The notes beneath the pieces were generated by a model, which worked only from the letters and a program-made list of their open reading frames with translations, ran no database searches and was not told the DNA's origin. A stretch of 33,820 nucleotides of DNA from Octopus sinensis (Eukaryota), in the NCBI RefSeq assembly GCF_006345805.1, contig NW_021831911.1, forward strand, positions 1 to 33,820. The letters are read 5' to 3'. How positions within the stretch are numbered: the first letter of the stretch is position 1; each line of letters opens with the position of its first letter. A program made the translations under genes and the position numbers. Below, one piece after another: positions 22,800-33,820 of this stretch.

Positions 22800-23596
22800 A
22801 CACTATTGCATTATATCAAGCATCAGTTATCCTTGTACCTATCCTACTGATCTAACATTGGCTCTGCTATCAGCTGGTTCAAAATATTCCGTCATTACTA
22901 ATGTAACTTAATCTATTTCGATATTTAAAGCATCTAACTTTCTATTTCCGAATTTTCTCCTTGAGCTGCACTTGATCTTGTAAAATATTTCACACCAATT
23001 AAAACGTCTACCAGCATTTTACAATAGTCTTACTTGTTGAAAAATGATTTTAAAAGAAGCATGAAAATTTTTGTCTGCACTTTAACTGGTCACTGTGCAA
23101 AAAAGTGTGGTGTATGTCGGATATGTGATAGTTGTTACTAGCCTGCTTCAGAAAGTGACCTTGAGGGGGAACAAAAACATACTTTGGGATTTCATTATTC
23201 AAACGGACCGTAACCTTGAAAACAGCAGTCTTGATATTGTTTTCTGAACAGAAATAGGCATGAATTCTAGATTATTGATGTTGGTATTCTGTGAGAACAA
23301 ACCTTAGCCTTGAAAGAAATTGAAAATCTAAACAATTTACAATCACTTAAAAATCGGAATTGCATGGCAATACAATTGAAAACATCAACAGAATTTCAAT
23401 TATCATGCATGCTTTTGCCTGATATCACTGAATCTAGGCAAGCATCTGGGGTAAATATGCCTCGAAACACGAATTGCTCTCCTTTAAACAAATGCTTTTG
23501 TTAAAAACTTAGAAAATTTGTATTTGTCTAAGATCGTTGTTGAGACTTGACTGGCAGCAGAAGACCTAGTCATAATATGTACTGTGCAAACCATTT

Positions 23597-23822
23597 ATAA
23601 TAATAATAATTGTAATAATGGTTTCAAAATTTGGCAGAAAATATGGAGAAGCGGGTAAATCGAATACATGCACCTCAGTATTCAACTGGTTCTTATTTTA
23701 TTGACCTCGAAAGGGTGAAAAGCTAAGTCGATCTCGGCGAAATTTGAACTCAGAACGTAAAGACGGACGGATTGCCGCTAAGCAATTTGCCGACGAGCTA
23801 CCGATTCAGCAAGCTCACCGCC
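23597..23822 (-). mobile_element. SINE A, tail type 2b with (ATT)n end
   Basis: Plus strand GGTTTCAAAATTTGGC...GAAATTTGAACTCAGAACGTAAAGACGG...GCTAAGC...AGCTCACCGCC. Confidence 0.85.
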
Positions 23823-23912
23823 CTACTACTACTACTACTACTATTACTACTACTATAATAATAATAATAATAAATAATAATAATAATAATAATTCATAAT
23901 AATGATAATAAT

Positions 23913-23959
<47 letters not shown>

Positions 23960-24062
23960 GGATGACGACGACGGCGACGACGACGACAATAATAATAATA
24001 ATAATAATAATAATATAATATAATAATAATAATAATAATATAATAATAATAATAATAATAAT
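23823..24062. repeat. (CTA)n/(AAT)n/(AAC)n/(GAC)n array continuous with the SINE A tail at 24062
   Basis: Direct reading. Confidence 0.95.
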
Positions 24063-24258
24063 CCTTTCTACTAAACACACAAGGCCTGAAATTTGTGGTG
24101 GGGGGGGGGAACTAATCGGTTACATCGACCCCAGTGCTTCACTGACAATTTATCGACCCCGAAAGTATGAAAAGCAAAGTTGAAGTCGGCGGGATTTGAA
24201 ACTTAGAACGTAAAAACTCGGAAGAAATGCTTGCTAAGCATTTTATTCGGTACGCTCG
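24058..24258 (-). mobile_element. SINE A, tail type 2a, head truncated
   Basis: ATCCTTTCTACT...CACAAGGCCTGAAATTTG...TACATCGACCCCAGTG...CCCCGAAAG...GCTAAGCATTTT. Confidence 0.88.
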
Positions 24259-25571
24259 ATGAAGATATCGTCGACGACGACGATGTCGATAGTGATACTT
24301 ATTTGAAAGCTTATATGAAGTAAATGAAACAATATTGTCATATATATTTTATTACATAAATTTTTTTCTGTGAATTTCTCCCCACCTCTCCACCCAGCCA
24401 CCTCTCATACACACACACTATATTTAACCCAATTATGTGAAATAATAATAGGAAGATCAGCCATTACGCTATTCTAAAAAAGAAAATATGGCGCAAGATT
24501 GGATTTTGTTTTGCTTGAATGATCGGAGTAGACAGCAGTCAGTCAATTTAATCTGTTTCGCACTGATGGGTCAATTTTCCCTTCTCTGAAGACACTGTTA
24601 TTCACCGTTGGCAAAATGATCTAATCCATACACATCCTCTAATCTCGGTTTAATCCTTCTGTAAAATAGGTATGATACGTGAGCTTGTCAAAGCTTTCTC
24701 TATAACATATTTATTGCCTTTCAGCAACTCTTCGTTGAGTTTCTCAATTATAGTTCTTTTCCACCAACCCTCCCTCAGTCCATTTACTACTCTTCTTTAT
24801 CTACTCGTCCTGTCGGTTTCTCTTTCTCACCCATATATTTTAGCTATCCTTTTTTCTTATCTATTACATTTCGATTATCATCTCTTTGTCTGTGATACAA
24901 ACAAACATTCCTACCCTTTTTTCGTCTAATCTCTTAATTTTTCTTTCTCCAGTTTCACCCCCTGTTTAACACTTACATTTATCTCTCTGGGCATCTCACT
25001 TAACTTTGAACTTAACCTTCCTTATATTATTTTATCAACATATCGTCCTTTCGTTTCTTTCTATCTTGCTGTCTGTCTGTCACTCTTTTACTTTTCAGTC
25101 CGCATACGTTCCCCCACAGTTTCTTCTCCATCAATTTCATCACCACCATTTGGTTACTGTATCCCCAACTCTATTTACTTTTCCACGCTTTCTCCATTCA
25201 GAAGTGACATTATTATAAAGACAGTAATATATTTAAAAAGAGCGACTGAAAAAAAATTTGATTATCTACTCTGATTCCTTCCTAGACAGCTTCACATTGT
25301 GTGTCCATCTCTCAGCCCTTTACCAACTTATCTAAATATATTCACCATTTTCCTTCATACCCACTTCTCATGTCGCAAGTGTTTCATCTCAGCAACGTTC
25401 GCTTCCTCCTCTTATCTTTTGCCATAATATTGACTTCTCTTTAATACCCTTCATTTCTTCAACGGACTCACTGCTTCCATTTCTTCTTCGACCCACTTCA
25501 TTTTCTGCCTGTCTTCTTGAACACATCAACGGCATGTTTTAGAAGTCTTTCAACAAAGGCCCTCCCAGAGC

Positions 25572-25615
<44 letters not shown>

Positions 25616-25737
25616 CACTTGATTGTGATAAAATTACGAGGAAGTATGAGGAATAAAGGTGATTTTAAAACAGTCTTGCTATATTACATCATTAACTTTT
25701 TACTGAGATTTACGGCTTCTTCATTTCCCTTTTGACA

Positions 25738-25754
25738 GAGCTATCTATCTATCC

Positions 25755-25789
<35 letters not shown>

Positions 25790-25828
25790 ATATATCTATC
25801 TATCTATCTATCGATATACATACATATA

Positions 25829-25880
<52 letters not shown>
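25738..25880. repeat. (TATC)n/(TA)n array
   Basis: Direct reading. Confidence 0.95.
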
Positions 25881-25882
<2 letters not shown>

Positions 25883-25889
25883 AACATGA

Positions 25890-26065
25890 TAGATCGTTAG
25901 CCACTACACACATTTTTTTCTCTCCTTGTTTTTTCTGTGTTTCTGTAGAAGAGCGTAGGCTCGAAACGTAAAAGACTTTTTTCTATTCCTGAGCGTTATA
26001 CCAATACATCTGATTGTTTTGTACACCACCTGACTTCGTCTTTTGTTTTTTTGTGAATTCTCCCT
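25890..26065 (+). mobile_element. Repeat family D copy with degenerate hammerhead motif (25940-25974)
   Basis: TTT-CTGTAGAA-GAGC-GTAG-GCTC-GAAAC-GT-A-AAAG; flanks shared with 4836 and 26882 copies. Confidence 0.72.
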
Positions 26066-26078
26066 ATATATATATGTC

Positions 26079-26113
<35 letters not shown>

Positions 26114-26118
26114 ATGAA

Positions 26119-26450
26119 GGCACATGGTTCAGTGGTTAGAGCCTCGAGCTTACGATCGTGATGTTGTGAGCTCGAATCCCGGACCGGGCTGCGTGTTGTG
26201 TTCTTGAGCAAGACACTTTACTTCACGTTGCTCCCGTTCACTCAGCTGTAGAAATGAGTTGCGACATCACAGGTGACAAGCTGTATCGGTCCTTGCCTTT
26301 TCCTTGGATAACACTGGTGGCGTGGAGAGGGGAGGCCGGTACGCATGGGCGACTGCTGGTCTTCCATAAACATCCTTGCCCGGAATTGTGCCTGGGACAG
26401 TAACTTTGTAGGTGCAATCCCATGGTCTGTGTCGTGACCGAAAGAGGTCT
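26119..26450 (+). mobile_element. SINE C, tail variant 2
   Basis: TGGTTCAGTGG (A box), GAGCTCGAATCCC (B box), core GTGTTCTTGAGCAAGACACTT...CACTCAGCTG. Confidence 0.82.
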
Positions 26451-26452
26451 CA

Positions 26453-26632
<180 letters not shown>

Positions 26633-26639
26633 AATGTAA

Positions 26640-26806
26640 CCGCGTGTGTATCATTGGCGATTTTCGTCCTCCGTCTTCCATTCTTTTGGACTTCCCTCTA
26701 TGTCTGAAGAAGAGCTTTCCTTCCTGAGCGTCTGATAATACATTACTTGTACCGGGTCCGCGCGTTGTTGTTTTTTCTTGTTTGTTCTTCTTTGTTTGGA
26801 TTCACT
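26640..26806 (+). mobile_element. Family D-related copy with intact CTGAAGAAGAGC and an internal deletion
   Basis: CTGAAGAAGAGC at 26704-26715 runs almost directly into TTCCTGAGCG; the GCTCGAAACG part is missing. Confidence 0.55.
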
Positions 26807-26846
26807 ATATACATATATATGCATATATATATATATCTATATTATA

Positions 26847-26881
<35 letters not shown>

Positions 26882-26884
<3 letters not shown>

Positions 26885-27078
26885 GGAAAGTTTACGAAAG
26901 TAAACAAAAGACTAAGGCAGGTGGAGTACAAACAAACAAATGTATTAGTATAGCGCTCAGGAATAGAAATAGAAAAAGTATTTTACGTTTCGAGCCTACG
27001 CTCTTCGAAAGAGAGATACACAGAAAAAAAATAAGGAGAGAAACAAGGAGAGAAAAAAATGCGTATAGGAGCTAACGA
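26882..27078 (-). mobile_element. Repeat family D copy, minus strand
   Basis: Minus strand ATCGTTAGC...TTTTCTCTCCTTG...GAAGAGCGTAGGCTCGAAACGTAAAA...TTCCTGAGCG...CACCTGCCTT. Confidence 0.75.
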
Positions 27079-27190
27079 TGTGTGTATGTATGTATGTATG
27101 TATGTATGTATGTATTGTATGTATGTATGTATGTATATGTGTGTATGTATGTATGTATGTATGTATGTATGTATGTATGTATGTATGTAT
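27079..27190. repeat. (TATG)n array
   Basis: Direct reading. Confidence 0.96.
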
Positions 27191-27367
27191 AAAGTAGGAA
27201 AGAATTTCGTCGACGACATTCTTCTCGCGTGGTGAGTTGTTGAGAAAACATTTACAATAAAAGAAGAAACATGCATATAATTTATATATTTTCAATATAT
27301 TTTAAAGGATAGAATATTATGATAGCCGACCGTTTCGGGTTTCGCTAATCATGACATTTAAATTGGT

Positions 27368-27625
27368 TCATACATACATACATACATACATACATACATA
27401 CATACGTACGTACGTACGTAAGTACGTACGTGCATGCATGCATGCATACATACATACATACATACATACATACATACATACATACATACATACATGCATG
27501 CATGCATGCATGCATGCATGCATACATACATACATACATACATACATACATACATACATACATACATACATACATACATACATACATACATACACACACA
27601 CACATATATATATATATGTGTGTGT
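27368..27625. repeat. (TACA)n array with (TACG)n and (TGCA)n patches
   Basis: Direct reading. Confidence 0.96.
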
Positions 27626-28359
27626 AGGGAATTGGAATATGATGTTTATGTAACCTGCGAAGGAAATTCTAGTATTTTAAGAAACCCTCGAAAATATTCG
27701 ACATTAGCTTCGACACACTCACATACATGCAACAAACATACGAACACACTCGAAGGATCTCAAAAACACATCGGCACAGCAGTTTTTCGAGCGTCACTTC
27801 CTGTATTCTGATCCTATTCTGCCCACCTACCTCCCTTGTTAGCAAATATTTTTATCGTTTCACAAGAATCATTGTGTAAGAGTTTACAGACGACGATAAA
27901 TACTCCAACACTGATTTGAAGACAAGAAGCTTTGTGCGGGATTCCCTATGAAGCTTTGTCACGAAAATGGTAAACAATAGCCCGAACCAACCATGAAAAC
28001 AAATACGCCAGAGAAAATTTTTATTACCGGAAGTAACTTGTAGTTGCCTGTCACTGTCTAACTAATCATATCTCTGAAACATTTTCAATATAGCACAATT
28101 TACAGAATATTTTTTATATTTTTTACATACCAGATATTTTACAGCAATGTCTGAGAATACGATTTATTTCTTATTTGAATAATTTACTTGCCTAGTATTT
28201 CATTGCATCGTAATCAACTGCAATATATATTAAGTTTAACTTGTCACTGCGCAGCAGTGATAGAGAATTCCTTTTTTTTTTCTGTAAAGAACGAACTGAA
28301 GTTTTTGTGGTCGTCTCGTCCTTCTAACGAGGATGACGTTTGTGCTTTTGACTGATTAT

Positions 28360-28560
28360 TATATGTGTGTATGTGTATGTATGTATGTATGTATGTATGT
28401 ATATATATATATATATATATAATATAGATATATATAATATATATATATATATATTAATATATATATATATTATATATAATATATATATATATATACATAT
28501 ATATGTGGGTGTGTGTGTGTGTGTGTGTATATATGCATATTTATGTATATATACCATATA
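28360..28560. repeat. (TATG)n/(TA)n/(TG)n array
   Basis: Direct reading. Confidence 0.94.
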
Positions 28561-28577
28561 TATTTACGTTTGGGAAT

Positions 28578-28705
28578 GGTTTGCAAGATCTTGATGTTAG
28601 TTCGTGTGGTTGAGGCATACTGTTGTGTGTGGGGAGAGTCAATCTCTTTTAGTGCCTTGTAATTTAACACACTCACCGGTAAAATTCAAACTTAATTCCT
28701 TCTTA
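28578..28705 (+). repeat. Repeat family E, 5' part
   Basis: TGCAAGAT...GTTCGTGTGGTTGAGGCATA...GGGGAGAGTCA...AACACACTCACCGGTAAAATT matches 11970-12100. Confidence 0.75.
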
Positions 28706-28728
28706 TAATATATATATATATATATATA

Positions 28729-28772
<44 letters not shown>

Positions 28773-28985
28773 GTATGTATGTAGTATGTATATGAATATG
28801 TGTGTAAAATATATATATATATGTATATGTATATATATATATGTATATATATATGCATAGATATATATATACGTATATTATAGTATACATACATATATGT
28901 ATACACGTGTATATGTATGTATATTTACATATGTATGTGTATGTGTTTGTTTGATGATATTGATATATATATATATATATTAATA
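28706..28985. repeat. (TA)n/(TATG)n array
   Basis: Direct reading. Confidence 0.93.
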
Positions 28986-29379
28986 TCTATGACGAGAGAG
29001 AGAAAGAGGAAGGTGGTGTATATCAACCTCTATATGTGTATGTAAAAATGTTTTGGCAATTTTTATATATCTATATGTTTATATACATATACCCAATATA
29101 TGGTACGCTCATTTTGTGATTTTGCGTGTAAATATGCACGTATATGCGTGTATGTGGATGGGTTTAGTTATGTGTGTGTGTGAAGGTCTGTGTAGGACTA
29201 TATAATCCAGTGGATTCTCTTCAACTGTCCACATCGAAGTTGTATAAGTATGACAGATATTGTCATGTGCCCAATGTGTCTAGCAAATATATATTTGTGT
29301 ACGAATGCAGTGATGACTAAAATGGATGTATGTATCCCATCGTAAATCTTAATATAAAAACATGACTTGACAGGAATAC

Positions 29380-30300
29380 ATGTGGTTAAAATGTACGCTT
29401 CCCAACTTGGTAGGGCGTGGTACTTTGGACAAGTGTCTCCTACAACAGAATCGAGTTGACTAGATCTTTGTGAGCGGAATTGGCAGGCAGAAACTGAAAA
29501 AACTGAAAGGCGGTCAGCTGGCAGAAACATTAGCACACCGGATGTAATGCTAGCGGTATTTCGTCTGTCTTTATGTTCTGAGTTCAAATTCCGCCGAAGT
29601 CTACTTTGCCTTTCATCCTTTTGGGGTCGATAAATTAAGTACCAGTCACGCACTGGGGTCATTGTAATCGACTTAATCCCTTTGTCTGTCTTTGTTTGTC
29701 CCCTCTATGTTTAGCCCCATACGTGTAATAAAGAAATATGAAACCTTAGCACGGCTGGTGAAATGCTTAGCGGTATTTCGTCTGTATTTGTCCTCTCTAT
29801 GCTTAGACCCTTGTGAGTAGTAAAGAAATAGGTATTTCGTCTGTCTTTACGTTCTGAGTTCAAATTCAGCCGAGGTCGACTTTGCCTTTCATCCTTTCGG
29901 GGTCGATAAATTAAGTACCAGTCGCGCACTGGGGTCGATGTAATCGACTTAATCCCTTTGCCTGGCCTTGTTTGTCCTCTCTATGTTTAGTCCCTTGCGA
30001 GCAATAAAGATATAAGAAACTGAAAAAAATATATATGTGCGACTCTGTGAGTGTGTGTGTGTGACCTTGCTTTGACATTGAGCGACAGTTCTAAGCGAAG
30101 GGACTTCGTCATAAAAGCGATGCTGATCGTTTTGAATGAGCTGTAAAAGCATGTCTAGCTTCACCAGCCACGAAGGAAGTATAACGTTGCTTTGAAACAG
30201 ATGAACTTTGGCGATAGGTAGAGCATCCGCTAGTAAAAGAATCTGCCTCAATAGAATTTTATCTGACCCAATCAAGCGTAGAAATATTGATGCTAAAACG
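29380..30300 (+). mobile_element. SINE B-type head plus CORE with a different 3' tail, split by a SINE A multimer
   Basis: 29380-29502 is a degenerate B head/CORE (TTTGGACAAGTGTCTCCTAC...TGTGAGCGGAATTGGCAGGCAGAAACTGAAA); 30015-30300 resumes with TA/TG repeat and a tail unlike other B copies (GGCGATAGGTAGAGCATCC...AATCTGCCTCAA...TGACCCAATCAAGC). Confidence 0.65.
29508..30014 (+). mobile_element. SINE A multimer (full unit, internally deleted unit, third unit)
   Basis: Junction AAATAGGTATTTCGTCTG near 29826-29844; flanked by AGAAACTGAAAAAA at 29489-29502 and 30015-30028. Confidence 0.9.
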
Positions 30301-30550
30301 AAAATGTATACTTACACCCGAATACACACATACACACAAAGGTGCACACGCACGCACACACACACACACACACACGCAACATACACACCCATGTATGTAG
30401 GCATATATTTATGTGTGTGTGTGTGTTTATATGTATGTATATGTATATATATAATATAGATATAAAGTAGAGAAAAACCACTATTATGCAATACAAACAA
30501 TGACAGACGTAAACCAAATCATATAGAATGATATGATATGGTTTATGATA

Positions 30551-30610
30551 TTTCTATATGATATCGTTTATTTCTATATGATATCGTTTACTTGTATATG
30601 ATTTGGTCTA
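30551..30610. repeat. 20-bp minisatellite TTTCTATATGATATCGTTTA, two perfect units plus one degenerate
   Basis: Direct reading. Confidence 0.85.
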
Positions 30611-31334
30611 TGACTATCATTGTTTGAATTACATAATAGTGATTTTTCTCTAATTTATATATTATAAATATTTATAGTGTGAAATTTGATTTAATACCAA
30701 ATTGAATTTTTCCCTGTAAGTTTGGAGTTATACTCCATAATATTATTATTTTATGAATATATATATATATATATTCTCAACATATGTATGTATGCACGTA
30801 ATATATATGATAAGTGAAAGGATAGTTGTGTGTATGTATGTATGTATGTATTATGTATGCCCGTACGTATGTATGTATGTTTGTATGCATGTATGTATTA
30901 TTATGAAAATCCGACTCTTTAAGGACTTTTTGTACAACACAATGTATAGATACATACCTTCAGCTTCACTCGTATACAGAAGTCTACATTTTCCTGATAT
31001 CATTCACCGTGTGTGTATAAGTATGTGTACGTGTGTGTGTCTGCATGCATAAATCGATATTTATGAATACCTACACATACATATATGCGTGCATCTACAC
31101 ACATCAGTAAAAGTGAGTGACTTCTCTCTACTAGTACATATTTGACTATATTTAAACATATACGAGAAATATATGTATAACGTGTGTTATACATATATGC
31201 TTACACACACACACACACACACATGCACACACACACGTGAGCACGCACGCACACGTGCACACACACATATATGCACACTAAGATTTATGTGTTCATGTAA
31301 ACGCTGCTTTGCACATAAATTTTTACCGCTATAT

Positions 31335-31484
31335 ACATATGTATATGTATATACATACATATATATATGTAATATATATATATATACATATATATCTAAA
31401 ACACAACATATATAATATATTTAATATGGTATATGTATATATATGTATAAATATTATATATATATATATTTATATATATTATAT

Positions 31485-31515
<31 letters not shown>

Positions 31516-31593
31516 TATATATACATAACATATAACATATACATATATATATATATATTTATATATATATATATATATAATATATATATATAA

Positions 31594-31657
<64 letters not shown>

Positions 31658-31715
31658 TTATATATAATATTATATATATATAATATACATGTGCGCACAC
31701 ACACAAATATATATG
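31335..31715. repeat. (TA)n array
   Basis: Direct reading. Confidence 0.95.
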
Positions 31716-32288
31716 CATGGCAGATGTAACTTCACTCGAAGTCCTGAATGATATAAGATAGTAATCAGTATCTTGTCATATCGTATTAAACTATATCACG
31801 AATGATTATGCTATTGATTCTAATGAGATAATGTAAGTAATATAAACTAGCTGTTTCCTTATAACAAAACAATAATATTGTACTGGCTCATCAGAAGGTC
31901 GTTGAAAAATATCAATTACATCCATCTTGAATATTTGAATATATACCATTTCCCTTTATTGACTGAATTTCAACAAAACCTGACCTGACATGACACGACC
32001 TATCGATCGAAGTAGTCCTTATATTGGGTATTCTACCGAAGAAAATAATTACCTTGCTAAGAATGCTAAGAAATTGTAGTTTTGTGACCGTCTGGAGAAT
32101 AGAATAGAGTTATTAGTTATATACACTGCAAATATTCCCGACATTGCAAACTCTTTCCATCGTAAAACAGCAAGTAAAACCCTTATAGCATCTATGTATC
32201 AAGTTTTGGAAGCGTAATGTATTGATGTAATAGAGGCAGTAGATGAATAAGTCGATAGACTTTCGTATCAGACGAAGGATGAAGGTTT

Positions 32289-32322
<34 letters not shown>

Positions 32323-32384
32323 ATAGAAATATTAAAATTACTAAGTCTTTTTAAAAGAGATTACGACAGCGTTTCTGGAAATTA

Positions 32385-32620
32385 ATAGTTATCGCCATAC
32401 TAATATGGCATTCTTAAAAATAAGAATAAAGCTGTCGGTGATTAGCTCCATGAAGCCATCGCCTCAAGCTAGCTACTTGACACACAAACTGCGTCCGTTA
32501 TTAAACCTTCGAACAGGGGAGGTCAGCCGCTTCAACCTGCTAGGCGATGGCTTCATGGAACTAATCAGCGACAGCTTTATTCTTATTTTTAAGAATGCCA
32601 TATTAGTATGGCGATAACTA

Positions 32621-32621
<1 letters not shown>
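32385..32621. mobile_element. MITE-like element with 80-bp inverted arms and TA at both ends
   Basis: 32385-32464 and 32542-32621 are reverse complements with 2 mismatches; 77-bp spacer; TA|GTTATCGCC...GGCGATAAC|TA. Confidence 0.85.
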
Positions 32622-32693
<72 letters not shown>

Positions 32694-32710
32694 TGTGTGT
32701 TGTATATATA
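32622..32710. repeat. (TA)n/(TG)n array
   Basis: Direct reading. Confidence 0.95.
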
Positions 32711-32773
32711 TTGGTAAAAAGGTAATAACAAGAGAAAGAAAGGGACCTCGATCTTATGTAAATAGAGGAATTT

Positions 32774-32931
32774 ATCTCTAAGTGTAAGATGTGACAATTA
32801 TTCGGTAGGCAAGATAAAACTCTGAGTTTCGGATAACTGAAGAGATGGTGTCGTGGATTTCCACCTCGGCATCCAAAACTCTGAGTTTTATCTTGGCTAC
32901 CGAATAATTGTCACATATTACATTTACAGAT
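32774..32931. mobile_element. Inverted-repeat element (52-bp core arms) enclosing a hammerhead motif; probable Penelope-like remnant
   Basis: 32783-32834 and 32871-32922 are reverse complements with 4 mismatches; pairing extends imperfectly outward. Confidence 0.75.
32832..32892 (+). ncRNA. Type I hammerhead motif with G12 mutated to A
   Basis: GATAA-CTGAAGA-GATG...GTGG ATTT CCAC...CATCC-[A]AAAC-TCTGA-GT-T-TTATC: 5-bp stem I, palindromic stem III, paired stem II. Confidence 0.6.
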
Positions 32932-33820
32932 ATTGTCCTTCTCTGTGATCAATCTATTTCGCACACAACGCCTTAGTCCACCTAAGTGATTGTAACTAAC
33001 TTCAAGTTGTATACCCCATATCGTGAAGAGACGACAGCACTATAAAGCATTTTACTAGTTAAAGACGCCTTTTAAAGTTTTTGCATTGCCAAGCAAAACG
33101 ATACATCGGTTGCATCCTCAACTCACAACGCTCTTAATCTACCGTTCATCTAATACCAGGAATTTTTTCAAAAGATACTCTGTCTAGGAAGTGTGTTTGG
33201 TTAAGTGTATATGCTTAATCACGATCTAACGCAGTGTAGAGAAACGACAATAACTCTTATTCAATGGAAACTAAACTCAAAGTGGAAAGGAACAATCATT
33301 AGTGTTAATAGTAATTTTTTTAAAGAAAGGCAGGGGAGAGAATTCCGAAGTCAAAATCAGTTAAACATTGACTTGTGACGTGTAATGGAGTGATATGTAG
33401 AATCATGTAGTGAAGTTGGTTGTTCGGCTAGTACCTTAAAAACGCTTGATAAGCTTCGGTCTTATTTGTTGTACTGCTTCCTTGTCCCTAGAATGGTGTA
33501 CTGTTGCTGCTGTGCTGGAAATGGGAGTACGATAAACTTATGAACGCAAGAGCAACGGCAAAACAGGTGGATACCTGACTGGAATGCAGGAAATTCAATA
33601 TGAATGAGAATAAATTATTACACAACTCCGACGTATAACTTTTCGTTCATTTGTGTTAAAGGCATTATTAAATATTCCGGACAGGTTAATTTGATATGCA
33701 TCAGTTAACCAGTCTAAAGGGAATACACAACAGGCCTTCAGGAAATATGCATGGGCATCGTGCTCCTTTGGATAAGGCAAACGTTAGGAAGATTTAATAG
33801 ATGGTTCATGTCTAAGATCA

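Noticed and set aside
23310-23504. 64-aa plus-strand ORF in unique sequence
   Set aside because: No motif or splice support; length is within chance expectation
27325-27355. Minus-strand CCCGAAACGGTCG resembling a Penelope end
   Set aside because: No CTGANGA upstream and no second copy to support it
31850-31895. Minus-strand CTGATGA...GAAAC as a hammerhead
   Set aside because: Stem I does not pair and stem II has no closing pair
33595-33780. 61-aa minus-strand ORF
   Set aside because: Starts at TTG right after a stop, has no clear splice sites and no recognisable motif

Overview
This is AT-rich eukaryotic DNA, almost all non-coding and saturated with repeats. The SINE families and microsatellite load look like an octopus (coleoid cephalopod) genome; that is recognition from memory, not a search. 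Nearly every ORF in the track is a microsatellite or SINE artefact. Real content: (1) three tRNA-headed SINE groups, labelled A, B and C here; (2) a decayed, 5'-truncated CR1-clade LINE (6361-7576, minus) whose 3' end matches the SINE B tail; (3) Penelope-type minimal hammerhead ribozyme motifs from at least three unrelated sequence families (about 15.0 kb; 4.9/25.9/26.7/27.0 kb; 32.8 kb); (4) three long inverted-repeat (fold-back/MITE-like) elements; (5) many di-, tri- and tetranucleotide arrays; (6) one good candidate coding exon (2241-2390, minus) of an unidentified gene, plus two weaker ones. The most interesting signals are the hammerhead folds, the apparent self-targeting of SINE A into its own head, and the LINE/SINE tail pairing. 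Repeat boundaries were read by eye and are approximate to a few bases. Labels A-E are mine.
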